Origin: Thermoproteus sp.
GTDB lineage: Archaea > Thermoproteota > Thermoprotei > Thermoproteales > Thermoproteaceae
Direction of reading: 5' to 3'
Assembly (NCBI GenBank): GCA_049976425.1
Contig: JBMFIG010000003.1
Span: 1 to 64,000 of the forward strand
Length of the DNA: 64,000 nucleotides
Both the position numbers and the translations under genes were made by a program. Below are positions 47,274 through 56,491 of this stretch, piece after piece; the first letter of the stretch is position 1; each line of letters opens with the position of its first letter. The notes under the pieces are model-generated. The model was not told where the DNA came from and searched no databases. It was given only the letters and a program-made list of their open reading frames with translations.

Positions 47274-48284
47274 TTAATAGCGCAGGACAGCGGCGCATCC
47301 GCCCATGGCGCTCAACATCTGCCCCGCCTCGCTCTCGGCGGGCACTATCCTCGTGGAGCCCCTCGTTGAGAACACCAGCCTGAGCACCTCGGCGTATTCT
47401 TCGGCCCGCTCTTTTAGAGCCTCGTCGACGACGACGAACGTGCGCACTCTGCCCTGCGACGCGGCCTCCCTAACCGAGTCGAGACCCACGGCGACGAGCT
47501 CGGGCCTCTCTGAGGCGAGCTTGAGGATCTCCGAGACGGCCTCCGACCCCAACGCCTCCCGGTACCTCTCGAAGTGCCCGCCTCGCTGGAACTCATAGAC
47601 GCCTGCGAGGCCTCCTGCCGATTGCGGAGCCAGATCGCCTTTTATGTACTGAGCCGCGATCTCTATATACAGTTGAGGCCCGGCGAGGACCAGCCTATCG
47701 GGCCTAAGCCTCAGCCTATACTGCTCCACGGCCTTGGCCACCTCCCTGAAGAAAGGCCCGAGGGCCTCCTCCTCGGAGTCCGAGCCCGCGTCCTTAGGCC
47801 TCCGGTTCTCGAGGACCGCCAACAGCTCGACGCCGAGCGCTGTTATGTGCGCCACTGCGGCCTCGTCCCCGTCTATGGAGACCAGGAGGATCTTGGGCAG
47901 AGCCGCGGAGGCCAGCCGGGCCACCTCGTCGACGAGCTCCATGGGGTAGGAGTCCGGCTTCTCTATCTCTATCTCCCTCCCGGGCAAGACGTCGAAGGTG
48001 TGCCTCCTGCCCTTGACGCCCTCCAGATCGCCGCCGACCTCCACGACGGTGCCCCTCACCCTGAGGCTCCCCCTGAACTTGTGGTACTCCAACGCCTCGA
48101 CCCTCACGGCAAGGTACACCTTTATTCTCTCCCCCTCCTTGGCGCCCTCGGGCCTGTACTCCCTCACAGTCCAGCCCCTAACGACGTCCCCCCGATCCAC
48201 CAGGAGGTAGACGAAGTAGAGGTCCTCCTCCCTCTCGGGCAGTACCGATATCAGCCTACGCCTCCTGTCGACGGAGAGCCTCAC
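47274..48284 (-). CDS. pelA: Pelota/Dom34 ribosome rescue factor
   Basis: PE..EDLY....L...GD.V...T.R, LRV.G, G..HT, and an eRF1-like C-terminus (G..L..MGG.AAVLRY). Confidence 0.9.
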   Translation of the reverse strand: MRLSVDRRRRLISVLPEREEDLYFVYLLVDRGDVVRGWTVREYRPEGAKEGERIKVYLAVRVEALEYHKFRGSLRVRGTVVEVGGDLEGVKGRRHTFDVLPGREIEIEKPDSYPMELVDEVARLASAALPKILLVSIDGDEAAVAHITALGVELLAVLENRRPKDAGSDSEEEALGPFFREVAKAVEQYRLRLRPDRLVLAGPQLYIEIAAQYIKGDLAPQSAGGLAGVYEFQRGGHFERYREALGSEAVSEILKLASERPELVAVGLDSVREAASQGRVRTFVVVDEALKERAEEYAEVLRLVFSTRGSTRIVPAESEAGQMLSAMGGCAAVLRY

Positions 48285-48739
48285 GGCGCGATGTCCGGGG
48301 TGATATACCAGACGAGCCTCCAGCCGGCCTCGCCTCTCTCGAGCCTAACGACGCCCGAATACCTGAACCTTATCACCTCCTTCTGGGGATCGCCCACCAG
48401 GAGGAGCGACGCCAGCCGCGAGAGGTGGGGCAGATGGCCGACGAGGAGGACGTCGGACGTCAAGGCCTCGGCCCGAGAGGCCCAGATCCGCGGGTCGTCG
48501 TTGGGGGCCAGCCCGTCGACCTCCTTGAGAGGGGCGCCGAGGTGGCGCGCGAATATCTCGGCGGTCTGCCTCGCCCTCGTCTTCCCGCTGTGGAGCACCT
48601 CGGCGACCTTGACGCCGGCCGCGGCCAACAGTCTGGCGACCTTCTCGGTCTCGGCGGCCCCCTCCGGCGTAAGCCTCCTCTCGGGATCCTCGGCCTCGCT
48701 GAAGGACTTGCCGTGTTGCGCAAGATACAGCGCCGGCAT
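48281..48739 (-). CDS. sixA: SixA-like phosphohistidine phosphatase
   Basis: LYLAQHG, DPER.LT..G, HS.K.RARQTA and LVGHLP.L motifs. Confidence 0.85.
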   Translation of the reverse strand: MPALYLAQHGKSFSEAEDPERRLTPEGAAETEKVARLLAAAGVKVAEVLHSGKTRARQTAEIFARHLGAPLKEVDGLAPNDDPRIWASRAEALTSDVLLVGHLPHLSRLASLLLVGDPQKEVIRFRYSGVVRLERGEAGWRLVWYITPDIAP

Positions 48740-48792
48740 GGGGAGGTCAGTCCACGGACTTAAAAAGCCTAACGACCCACTGCGCACGACCA

Positions 48793-51024
48793 ATGAGCGA
48801 AATATTTAAATTTAGAAATATGACATTTATTGTGTATAATAGATTATATTTGATAATAATATTAATAACGCTGATTGGAGCCCTTATCGCGTCCGCGGAT
48901 ACAAATCCGATCGTCGTCGATGCAGAGAACTATGTATTTGTAAAGGTGGATGGGCTGTCCGCCTTCCCTTACTACTGGGACGGCGGTAGATACGTCCCAG
49001 CCCCCGTGGTGTATTTTGTAAGGTTTGTAAACGCGTCGTGGGCCGAGATCTGGCACGGCGGCAAGCCGTTGGAAGTCGCGGCGCCTGTGGCCGAGGGGCC
49101 CTACGTGGCCGTGCCGCTGGCGGCCTTAGGCAAGCCTGGGCCGCCCAGGGGAATCCCCGTGGATACCCCAAGGGGGAGGGCGTGGCTGTATTTCTCGAAA
49201 TCGCCGTCGCAGGAGGGCCTCCCGCCCTACGGCCTTGTGCTGTACCTCAACGCAACCGCCGACCCGCCCGGGCGCTATAGAGGCAGAGACGTGGTCGTAG
49301 TCGGTCTTAGGACCGAGACAGTCGGCGGGCCTAGGTTCGCCGCGCCGATCTCCGCGTTTGATACATATCTATTCGCTCTGGAGACCTACCCGGTGACCGT
49401 AGGCGGCTGGTGGTCCGCCGTGAGTCCGAAGAACGCGACTGGCATAGGCCAGTCGGGCTATGCGTTGAGCGCCGCCTCCAAGGCGTATCTGGGGTACCGA
49501 GTGCGCTATGTGTATCTAGCGGTGGCGGGCCCCGGCGCGTATTCAGCCCGCCTGGACATATATGCAAGCGACACCCCGTCGACCAACCCGCCGTATGTAG
49601 CCACGATAGGCCCCTCCACAGCCTACTCCACGGATGTAGGCGCGGTCTTCGCCTTCGACGTCTCCAGCTACGGCGGCAAGTATCTGTGGGCAACGCCCTA
49701 TATCTACTCCTACTCCGCCCCGCAGACGGTGAGGGCGGCGCTCTCGGCGGACTACTCCAGGCCGTCCGCCGGCGATCCCAACTGGGGCAGCCTCGTGTTC
49801 GAGTGGCGTAGCGTCTTCGCCGACGGCTACTCCTCGACCCTATACACAGGCGTCGAGAGGCTTTTGTTCACCGTGGAGATCCCGCAGGGAAGCTCGGCGC
49901 CGCGCCTACATATAGACAAGATACGCGTGGTCAACTGCGCCGGGGCGAGCCAGATCGTGAGGATATACGTAGGCGGGAGGCAGGTGTATCAGCAGACCGT
50001 CCAAGCCAGCTCATACGGAACTTGTGGGGTGTTCGAAATCGCCGGCGTGGACGTGCCGGCGCCGGCCGCCTTGGATTACGCGAGGTTTAACACAAGCTAT
50101 GTGCCGATAATGCTGGAGTTCGACCCGCAACTGGCCGGCTATGCGGGGACCAGCCCGGTCGTGGAGATACAGGGCGGATACCTCTACGGGTACAGATGGC
50201 CCCAGATATGGAGGGAGAGCGCCGTGAATTTTATAAAAAATAGAAAAATACTAAATACACTAGTAATAGATATTCCATATGTATTAGGTAATGTATACTA
50301 CTTTAATCTATGGAATAAATATTCTACAAAAATAAATGAAAGCTCCGCGGGTCTGCTAGGCAAGTTCATAGTCGAGACGTCATCGCCCGTGGCGGGGGGA
50401 ATAACTGGCGGAACGGTGGAGCGGATCGCTGTCAGCGTCCAGTATGTCGGGTTTAAATACGGCACGATAAGTCCGTGGTGGCGATATGTATGCGTAGCCA
50501 GAAACGGATTTTCCGAGCAGGCGATATATGTGTCGGGTCCCGGGTCGCAACAAGGCTGGGGTTTCTGGACCTCCGTAGTGCACGGCTCCTACTGGATAGC
50601 CAACACAATACTTACATTTATCCAGACTATAAAGAACGTGCCAAGTTGGGTCGGGCTAGTTCTATGGTCGGCAGGCGAGCTCGTGAGCAAGATCTTCCCG
50701 TCTCAGTCGAGCTGTACCATAGGAAGCTACACCGGACTCTACTACGACAGCGGATTTTCCTCCAGCATAGTAGCGGCCCACTACAACACCACGTTGGTGG
50801 GACAACCCACATCACGTCTCTCGGCTAGCACGGCCGATTTCGCGGTCTACGTATATGTCGTGAGGGACATCTCCAGCCAACAGGATTACGGCTACTACAC
50901 CGTCTACGGCAAGCTCAAGGCGCTCGCCATAGGGTATGACGCAGTCGGCGGCTGGTTCGACGGGCCCTTCGAGCCCTACGAGAACGACGGCGGGATAATG
51001 GTGAGGATCGGGCCTTGGCCGTGA
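48793..51024 (+). CDS. Large secreted hypothetical protein (about 730-743 aa)
   Basis: Signal peptide (RLYLIIILITLIGALIASA/D). Tyr/Ser/Val/Gly-rich, beta-type composition. Start may be GTG48832. Confidence 0.8.
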   Translation: MSEIFKFRNMTFIVYNRLYLIIILITLIGALIASADTNPIVVDAENYVFVKVDGLSAFPYYWDGGRYVPAPVVYFVRFVNASWAEIWHGGKPLEVAAPVAEGPYVAVPLAALGKPGPPRGIPVDTPRGRAWLYFSKSPSQEGLPPYGLVLYLNATADPPGRYRGRDVVVVGLRTETVGGPRFAAPISAFDTYLFALETYPVTVGGWWSAVSPKNATGIGQSGYALSAASKAYLGYRVRYVYLAVAGPGAYSARLDIYASDTPSTNPPYVATIGPSTAYSTDVGAVFAFDVSSYGGKYLWATPYIYSYSAPQTVRAALSADYSRPSAGDPNWGSLVFEWRSVFADGYSSTLYTGVERLLFTVEIPQGSSAPRLHIDKIRVVNCAGASQIVRIYVGGRQVYQQTVQASSYGTCGVFEIAGVDVPAPAALDYARFNTSYVPIMLEFDPQLAGYAGTSPVVEIQGGYLYGYRWPQIWRESAVNFIKNRKILNTLVIDIPYVLGNVYYFNLWNKYSTKINESSAGLLGKFIVETSSPVAGGITGGTVERIAVSVQYVGFKYGTISPWWRYVCVARNGFSEQAIYVSGPGSQQGWGFWTSVVHGSYWIANTILTFIQTIKNVPSWVGLVLWSAGELVSKIFPSQSSCTIGSYTGLYYDSGFSSSIVAAHYNTTLVGQPTSRLSASTADFAVYVYVVRDISSQQDYGYYTVYGKLKALAIGYDAVGGWFDGPFEPYENDGGIMVRIGPWP

Positions 51025-51581
51025 GGCGCCCCTTGGCGTTGGCCAGATACGCGCTGTTCCTCGGCGGCGTCCCCATACTCCTTCTGCTTAAGGTCGTACG
51101 GCTCGATCTCGCGGCCCTTGCGCTGGTTCCGCTGTCCGCGTACATATACGGCGTCTCCGCCGCGGCGGCCGCCCAGCTCGGCTTCCGGAGGTTCTGGATA
51201 CCCATGGCCTTCGCCGCCTCTGCCCTGCTCTGCGCCCAGTTGCCGTGGTACGCCGCGTTGATACCCATCTTCGTATTCTCGGCGTCATTGGCCTTCTTCG
51301 CGGCCGTCTGGCCCGCCTTGCTTTTCGGGAGGTGGAGGTTGCCCTTCGCGGCGCTCCTGACGGTGCTGTCCCTGCTGTTCTCAGCGCCCGTCCTTGCGGT
51401 GCCTCTCGGCTACGGCTTGCTCATCCCGCCGCCGCTCGCGCAGTACCTAGGCGAGGACCCCCTCTACACGCGCTACAACTGGATAAGGTACGTCATGGAC
51501 ATGTCGGCCTACAGCCTCGCCCTATACGTCACGAGGAAGATAGCGGAGAGGCGCGGGGCCGAGGGGAGACGGGCTCCGTAG
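51021..51581 (+). CDS. Multi-pass membrane hypothetical protein
   Basis: GTGA overlap with the upstream stop, about 5-6 hydrophobic segments. Confidence 0.7.
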   Translation: MRRPLALARYALFLGGVPILLLLKVVRLDLAALALVPLSAYIYGVSAAAAAQLGFRRFWIPMAFAASALLCAQLPWYAALIPIFVFSASLAFFAAVWPALLFGRWRLPFAALLTVLSLLFSAPVLAVPLGYGLLIPPPLAQYLGEDPLYTRYNWIRYVMDMSAYSLALYVTRKIAERRGAEGRRAP

Positions 51582-51594
51582 AGATCCGCCTGCC

Positions 51595-51614
51595 TCGTCG
51601 CGCCGCCGCGACGA
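51595..51614. terminator. GC hairpin between convergent genes
   Basis: TCGTCGCG-CCGC-CGCGACGA perfect 8-bp stem. Function inferred only. Confidence 0.3.
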
Positions 51615-51648
51615 CGCGCGGAGAGCGGCCGGGTTCCGTAGACCGCCG

Positions 51649-53103
51649 TCAGGCCTTGGCGGAGCCCAGATACCGCAAGATGCCGTGGGCGGCCAGCACG
51701 CCGGTCGCCGCGGCCACGTTTATGCCTCTGGAGAGCCCGGCGCCGTCGCCGGCCACGAAGAGCCCCGGCACCGTCGTCATGAGGTTTGCGTCAACGGCGG
51801 GCCTCGCCGAGTAGAACTTTATCTCGGGCGCGTATATGAGGGTCTGGGGGCTCGCGACGCCGGGGGCCAGCTCGTCGAGCCTCTTCAGCCCCTCGATGAT
51901 GTCCTCCACGACGCGGTGGGGGAGGGCCAGCGAGATGTCGCCGGGCGTCACGTCCTTGAGGGTGGGGGATATGCTGGATCTCCTTATCCTCTCCCAAGTG
52001 GATCTCTGCCCCCTTTCCAGGTCGTAGAGGCGCTGGATGAGGGGCTTGCCGCCTCCCAGCTTCGTCGCCAGCCTGGCTATGGACTTGCCGTACTCTATAG
52101 TGTCCTCCATGGGGTCGGTGAGCCTCAGAGTGACGAGGAAGGCGAAGTTAGTGTTGTCGCTCTTCTTCTCCAGATAGGCCTCGCCGTTCACCCCGACAGT
52201 CCCGTCCGAGTACACCTCCTTCACCACAAAGCCGCGGGGGTTTGTGCAGAAGGTCCTCACCTTGTCGTCGTATTTCGACGTGTAGAGGATGACCTTGGGG
52301 TCGTGCACCGCGTCAGTCAGCGGCCTCATGACCTGATAGGGCACCTCGACCCTGACCCCTATATCTATGGGGCCGAAGTCGAGCCTGGCCCCCAGCCGCT
52401 TCAGCTGGGAGACCAGCCACTCGGCCCCTCCCCTCCCGGGAGCCAGCAGGACGGCCGGGGCCTCGAAGACCCCTCTGTTGGTCTTCACCACGAACCCGCC
52501 CCCGCTCCTCTCCACCGTCAGGGCCCAGGTGGAGGTGTGGAGAGAGACGCCGCGGTCCTCTAGATACTGCGTCATGGCCTCGACGACCTTGCGCGACCCG
52601 TCGGTGCCCAGATGCCTCTGCCTTATGGGCACGATCCTCGCGTTCACCTTGGCGGCGATGGACGAGAGCTTCTCTATGGCCTCCATGTTAGGCTCGTAGA
52701 CGCCGCCAGGCGCGCCGAACTTGACGAAGACCGAGTCGACGTAGTTTATGAGGCCCATGGCCTTGTCCCAATCGCCCACCAGCTCGTGGAGGTCGCCCCC
52801 CACGTCGGGCCGCAGATTTATGAGGCCGGAGCTCAAGGTCCCGGCGCCCCCGACGCCGTACATTATATGGCAGGGCACGCAGAACGTGCACCTCTCCATG
52901 GGCGTCTGCAGAGGACATACCCTCTGCGACGCGCGGAGCCCTCCGTCGAGGAGAGCCACCTTGAGGCCGCCCGCCTCGGCCAGCTCGTAGGCGGCGAACA
53001 TGCCGGCGGGCCCCGCCCCGACTATGACCACGTCGAACTTCCCCACGTAGGCGTCGAGCGTCTTGAGGCGGGAGAGGTACTGCCCTATCACCGCACCCAC
53101 CAT
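51649..53103 (-). CDS. FAD-dependent oxidoreductase (COG2509-like) with a Cys cluster
   Basis: VGAGPAG, CP......[24 protein letters not shown] and GDGAG motifs. Confidence 0.88.
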   Translation of the reverse strand: MVGAVIGQYLSRLKTLDAYVGKFDVVIVGAGPAGMFAAYELAEAGGLKVALLDGGLRASQRVCPLQTPMERCTFCVPCHIMYGVGGAGTLSSGLINLRPDVGGDLHELVGDWDKAMGLINYVDSVFVKFGAPGGVYEPNMEAIEKLSSIAAKVNARIVPIRQRHLGTDGSRKVVEAMTQYLEDRGVSLHTSTWALTVERSGGGFVVKTNRGVFEAPAVLLAPGRGGAEWLVSQLKRLGARLDFGPIDIGVRVEVPYQVMRPLTDAVHDPKVILYTSKYDDKVRTFCTNPRGFVVKEVYSDGTVGVNGEAYLEKKSDNTNFAFLVTLRLTDPMEDTIEYGKSIARLATKLGGGKPLIQRLYDLERGQRSTWERIRRSSISPTLKDVTPGDISLALPHRVVEDIIEGLKRLDELAPGVASPQTLIYAPEIKFYSARPAVDANLMTTVPGLFVAGDGAGLSRGINVAAATGVLAAHGILRYLGSAKA

Positions 53104-53366
53104 GATGGTGCTTAAAAACATGCCGCCGGAAACGGTACAGGGGAAGTAGCGGGCCGACAACACCAGAGACAGATCCTCCGGCGCTCCGGCCTTAATTTAA
53201 ACATATGATTAAAAACATGCCGTATCTGGATTATTAATCCGGCGAATTGTTTAAGTATATAATGTATATAGGCCGCCTTTGGCCATCTACGTATCAGCAT
53301 CGCCAATGCGGGTTAGGCCTAGTGTATCAATACAGACGCTTCCGGCTAGGATTTGGCCCGCTCGGC

Positions 53367-54371
53367 CTATAGAAGCCCCTTCGCTTTGCGTAGATCCACC
53401 ATGTGTTCGGCCTCCGGCCCCGTGCCCAGCAGAGTGACGGGCTTCCCGAGCTCCGCCTCCACCTGGTCGACCCACTTCCTGGCCTCCGCGGGGAGGTCCT
53501 CCCACCTCGTCTTCCCTGCGGCGTCCTTGAAGAGGGCGTCGAGCTTGGTTATGGCTATCTGCGTGGGCGAGTTGAGCAGGACGGCCCTCCTCGCGAGCTC
53601 TAGGTTGAACGGGGCGGCTCTCCTAGGCCTGCCGGTCACCGCGCCTCTCTCGACCCACCCCCTCCTTTCCGCCTCCTCGGGCGGGAGCTCCCCGGGGAGA
53701 GGCCCGTTGCCCACCCTCGTCACGAAGGACTTGAAGACCAGCACCACCTCGTCGACGTCCTTGGGCCCGACCCCGGCCTCGCTGGCTATGCCGGAGGCCG
53801 TCGTGTCTCTGCTGGTGACGTAGGGGTAGGTGCCGTGGTAGAGCGAGAGGAAGGTGCCCTGGGTCCCCTCGACGATAACGCCGCGGTTTTTGTGCTCCCG
53901 CACCATCGCGGGGACGTCGGCCAGATAGGGCTTGAGCGCGTCGAACTCCTTCGCCAGCTTGAGTCTGCGCAGGACTCTGTCCACCATGGCGGCCCCGACG
54001 CCCTGCCCCGTGGAGCCCACAGTCTTCATGAGGAACTCGTCGCTCCTCTCCCGCTCCACGTGGGCCTCCTCGATCACGCCCGTGTTGAAGTCGACGAAGC
54101 TCCTCCCCCGGCCGAATCTGCCCGCCTCCGAGAGGAAGACGTCGATCTTGATCAAGGCCCCGGGCGCCACCGCCAGCTTGGACTCCTGGTTGACGAAACA
54201 GGCGGGCAGGCTCCGCAACACGGCGACCTCCCCCCTCCAGACGACGGTATGCCCGGCGTTCGGGGCGCCGGTCCTCACGCAGAGCGACGGCTTGTCGGCC
54301 GCGGCGAGGTATGCGACTACCTTTCCCTTGCCCGTATCGCCGAAAAACCCGTCGACCACTATATACAGCAT
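53367..54371 (-). CDS. purA: Adenylosuccinate synthetase
   Basis: GDTGKGK, NAGHT, EGTQG..L....G.YPYVTS, TRVG.GP, VTGR.RR and TKLD motifs. Confidence 0.95.
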   Translation of the reverse strand: MLYIVVDGFFGDTGKGKVVAYLAAADKPSLCVRTGAPNAGHTVVWRGEVAVLRSLPACFVNQESKLAVAPGALIKIDVFLSEAGRFGRGRSFVDFNTGVIEEAHVERERSDEFLMKTVGSTGQGVGAAMVDRVLRRLKLAKEFDALKPYLADVPAMVREHKNRGVIVEGTQGTFLSLYHGTYPYVTSRDTTASGIASEAGVGPKDVDEVVLVFKSFVTRVGNGPLPGELPPEEAERRGWVERGAVTGRPRRAAPFNLELARRAVLLNSPTQIAITKLDALFKDAAGKTRWEDLPAEARKWVDQVEAELGKPVTLLGTGPEAEHMVDLRKAKGLL

Positions 54372-54481
54372 ATGTCAGACATCAGCCCCACTTTTAAACA
54401 CAGCCGTTCCAGACGCCTCATCGCGGCCGCAGGCGAAGATCCCACAAGATCTGGCGCCGTCTGGGACGGACTTAGGCGAGC

Positions 54482-54892
54482 CTACGGCGGCGCGTCGCGG
54501 CTTATCACGTCGACGCCCGACCTGGCGGCCGCCTCGGCTTGTCTCTCGTCCAGTGTCAGCAACGGGGCCTTCCGCCTCAGCGCTTGGGCTATGTACAATG
54601 CGTCGTACACAGTGATGCGGAGGTCGAGCGCCAGCCTAAACGCGTCGGGGAGGTAGGCTGCCTCGGGCTCCAGCTCTATATTCCTCTCGACCAGCGATAG
54701 GAGGATCTCCAAGAGCTTTAAGGCCGCGCCCCTATCCACGAGGCCCCTCATATGGGCTTTCCAGACCGCATTGGCCGCCTCCTTCACAACCAGATCCACC
54801 GAAGTCGACCTGGCTATATACCTCGAAATCGTTCTCCAACCCGGCTCTTTCAAGAGGAAGGCGGATAGGGCAGACGCGTCAACGACTATCAC
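54482..54892 (-). CDS. vapC: VapC PIN-domain toxin
   Basis: VVDASA, KEAANA, VYDALY and LTLD motifs. Confidence 0.9.
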   Translation of the reverse strand: MIVVDASALSAFLLKEPGWRTISRYIARSTSVDLVVKEAANAVWKAHMRGLVDRGAALKLLEILLSLVERNIELEPEAAYLPDAFRLALDLRITVYDALYIAQALRRKAPLLTLDERQAEAAARSGVDVISRDAPP

Positions 54893-55109
54893 GATCCTCC
54901 CTTACGGAGCTGGCGGAGAAGCCCCGAGGCGCCTCGACCGGGATCGCCTCGAGCTCCCTCAGCACCCGCTCCATGTTCTCCTCAGCCTCCAACTGCCTGA
55001 TCCTCTCCTCGACGAACTTCCTCAACTCCTCGGCCCAATTCACCCTATCCTTGTATCTGGCCATCTTCTCCTTGACCTCGCGCCGCACCTTGAAGCTCAC
55101 CACAGCCAC
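54879..55109 (-). CDS. vapB: VapB RHH-type antitoxin
   Basis: VVSFKV..EVK..M....VNW.EELR.F and SVREDRD, upstream of a PIN gene. Confidence 0.85.
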   Translation of the reverse strand: MAVVSFKVRREVKEKMARYKDRVNWAEELRKFVEERIRQLEAEENMERVLRELEAIPVEAPRGFSASSVREDRDSR

Positions 55110-55168
55110 GGCAGTCTAGGTCTACTTAAATATAAACTTATCGGTCTACCCACAACCGCGGTGCAGGT

Positions 55169-56392
55169 CTACCGTGGGCAAGCCTCCAACGCAAGCGCCG
55201 ATTCTATCAACTCCCTCACCGGCCAGTTGCGCGGCAGCTCGCCGCCCCCTCCCTCGGCCCTGGCAACCCTATACGCCTCGGCCCTCCGCATGCCCTTCCT
55301 GACCAGCTCCAACATGCGGAACTCGCTGGTTATCTGGGGCAGGGCGGCCTCCAGGTTGCGCCTGACCCTCTCCTCGTCGACGCGGAGGGTCCTCAGAACG
55401 CGGGCTGTCGTGGCCAGTATCTCGTCCACGGCCAGCAGGGCCTCGGGTATCCAGACCCTCTCGTTGGCCGAGTTGGTCAAGTCGCGCTCGTGCCAGAGGG
55501 CGATGTTCTCGTGGGCGACCACCAGGAGGGATCTGACGTACCGCGCGAGGCTCACCACCCTCTCGCTGTTGGTGGGGTTGGCCTTGTGGGGCATCGCCGA
55601 CGATCCCCCGCCCACCGTCTCGAACACCTCGCCTATCTCGGGCCGCGAGAGCTCCCTCACCTCAGTCGCCAGCCTCTCGGCGAAGCCCGCCAAGAGAGCC
55701 AACGCCGAGGCGAGGAAGGCGAACGACTCCCTGGGGGCGACCTGGGTGGAGATTGGGTGGAACGGCACGCCGAGCCTCCTCGACACGGCCTCCCTCAGCT
55801 TGAGGCCTAGCGGCCCCCAAGACGCCATGGTGCCCACGGCTCCGCCCAGCTTCCCCCTCACGTGCTCCTCGGCGGCGTAGAGCGCCCTACAGGCTATGTA
55901 GAGTTCGTAGTAGTAGTTGGCGAACTTGAAGCCCAAGGTGATCGGCTCGGCCCACTGGCCGTGGGTCCTCCCCACCGCCGGGAGGTCGGCGTATTTCAGC
56001 GCCAGCCTCCTCAACTCCTCGGCGACGGCGCGGCCTCTCTCCCTAATCGCCCCGAGCGCCCTCCTTATCAAGAGAGCCCAGGCTGTGTCTATCACGTCGT
56101 TCGAGGTGGCGCCGTAGTGGACGAAGCGGCACCCGCTCCTCTCCTCGAGGAGCTGGACCAACGCAAGCACGTCGTGCCTCAGCTCCCTCTCCAGCCTGTA
56201 GACCTCCTCGGCCGAGACGGACGCGCGCGACGCCGCCTCGCAACACCCCTTCTCGGCCACGCCCAGCTCCTCCAAGGCGCAGACCAAGGCCCTCTCGACC
56301 TCGAGATACACATCGACGATCGACTGCCTGGAGAACAGCCTGCGGAGCTCCTCCGAGCCGTACCGCCAGTCGAAAGGAGATATGGGCTCCAT
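55169..56392 (-). CDS. purB: Adenylosuccinate lyase
   Basis: RYGS, HYGATSND, GRTHGQ, GSSAMPHK.NP and HERDL motifs. Confidence 0.95.
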   Translation of the reverse strand: MEPISPFDWRYGSEELRRLFSRQSIVDVYLEVERALVCALEELGVAEKGCCEAASRASVSAEEVYRLERELRHDVLALVQLLEERSGCRFVHYGATSNDVIDTAWALLIRRALGAIRERGRAVAEELRRLALKYADLPAVGRTHGQWAEPITLGFKFANYYYELYIACRALYAAEEHVRGKLGGAVGTMASWGPLGLKLREAVSRRLGVPFHPISTQVAPRESFAFLASALALLAGFAERLATEVRELSRPEIGEVFETVGGGSSAMPHKANPTNSERVVSLARYVRSLLVVAHENIALWHERDLTNSANERVWIPEALLAVDEILATTARVLRTLRVDEERVRRNLEAALPQITSEFRMLELVRKGMRRAEAYRVARAEGGGGELPRNWPVRELIESALALEACPR

Positions 56393-56491
56393 ACAGTACA
56401 GCCTCCCTAAAAATATTTGGGGACCCGTCGGCTGGCTCTAGACGCGGCTCTACGGCGAGCAATACCTAAAACCCTCCGGGATTAAGCTCCC

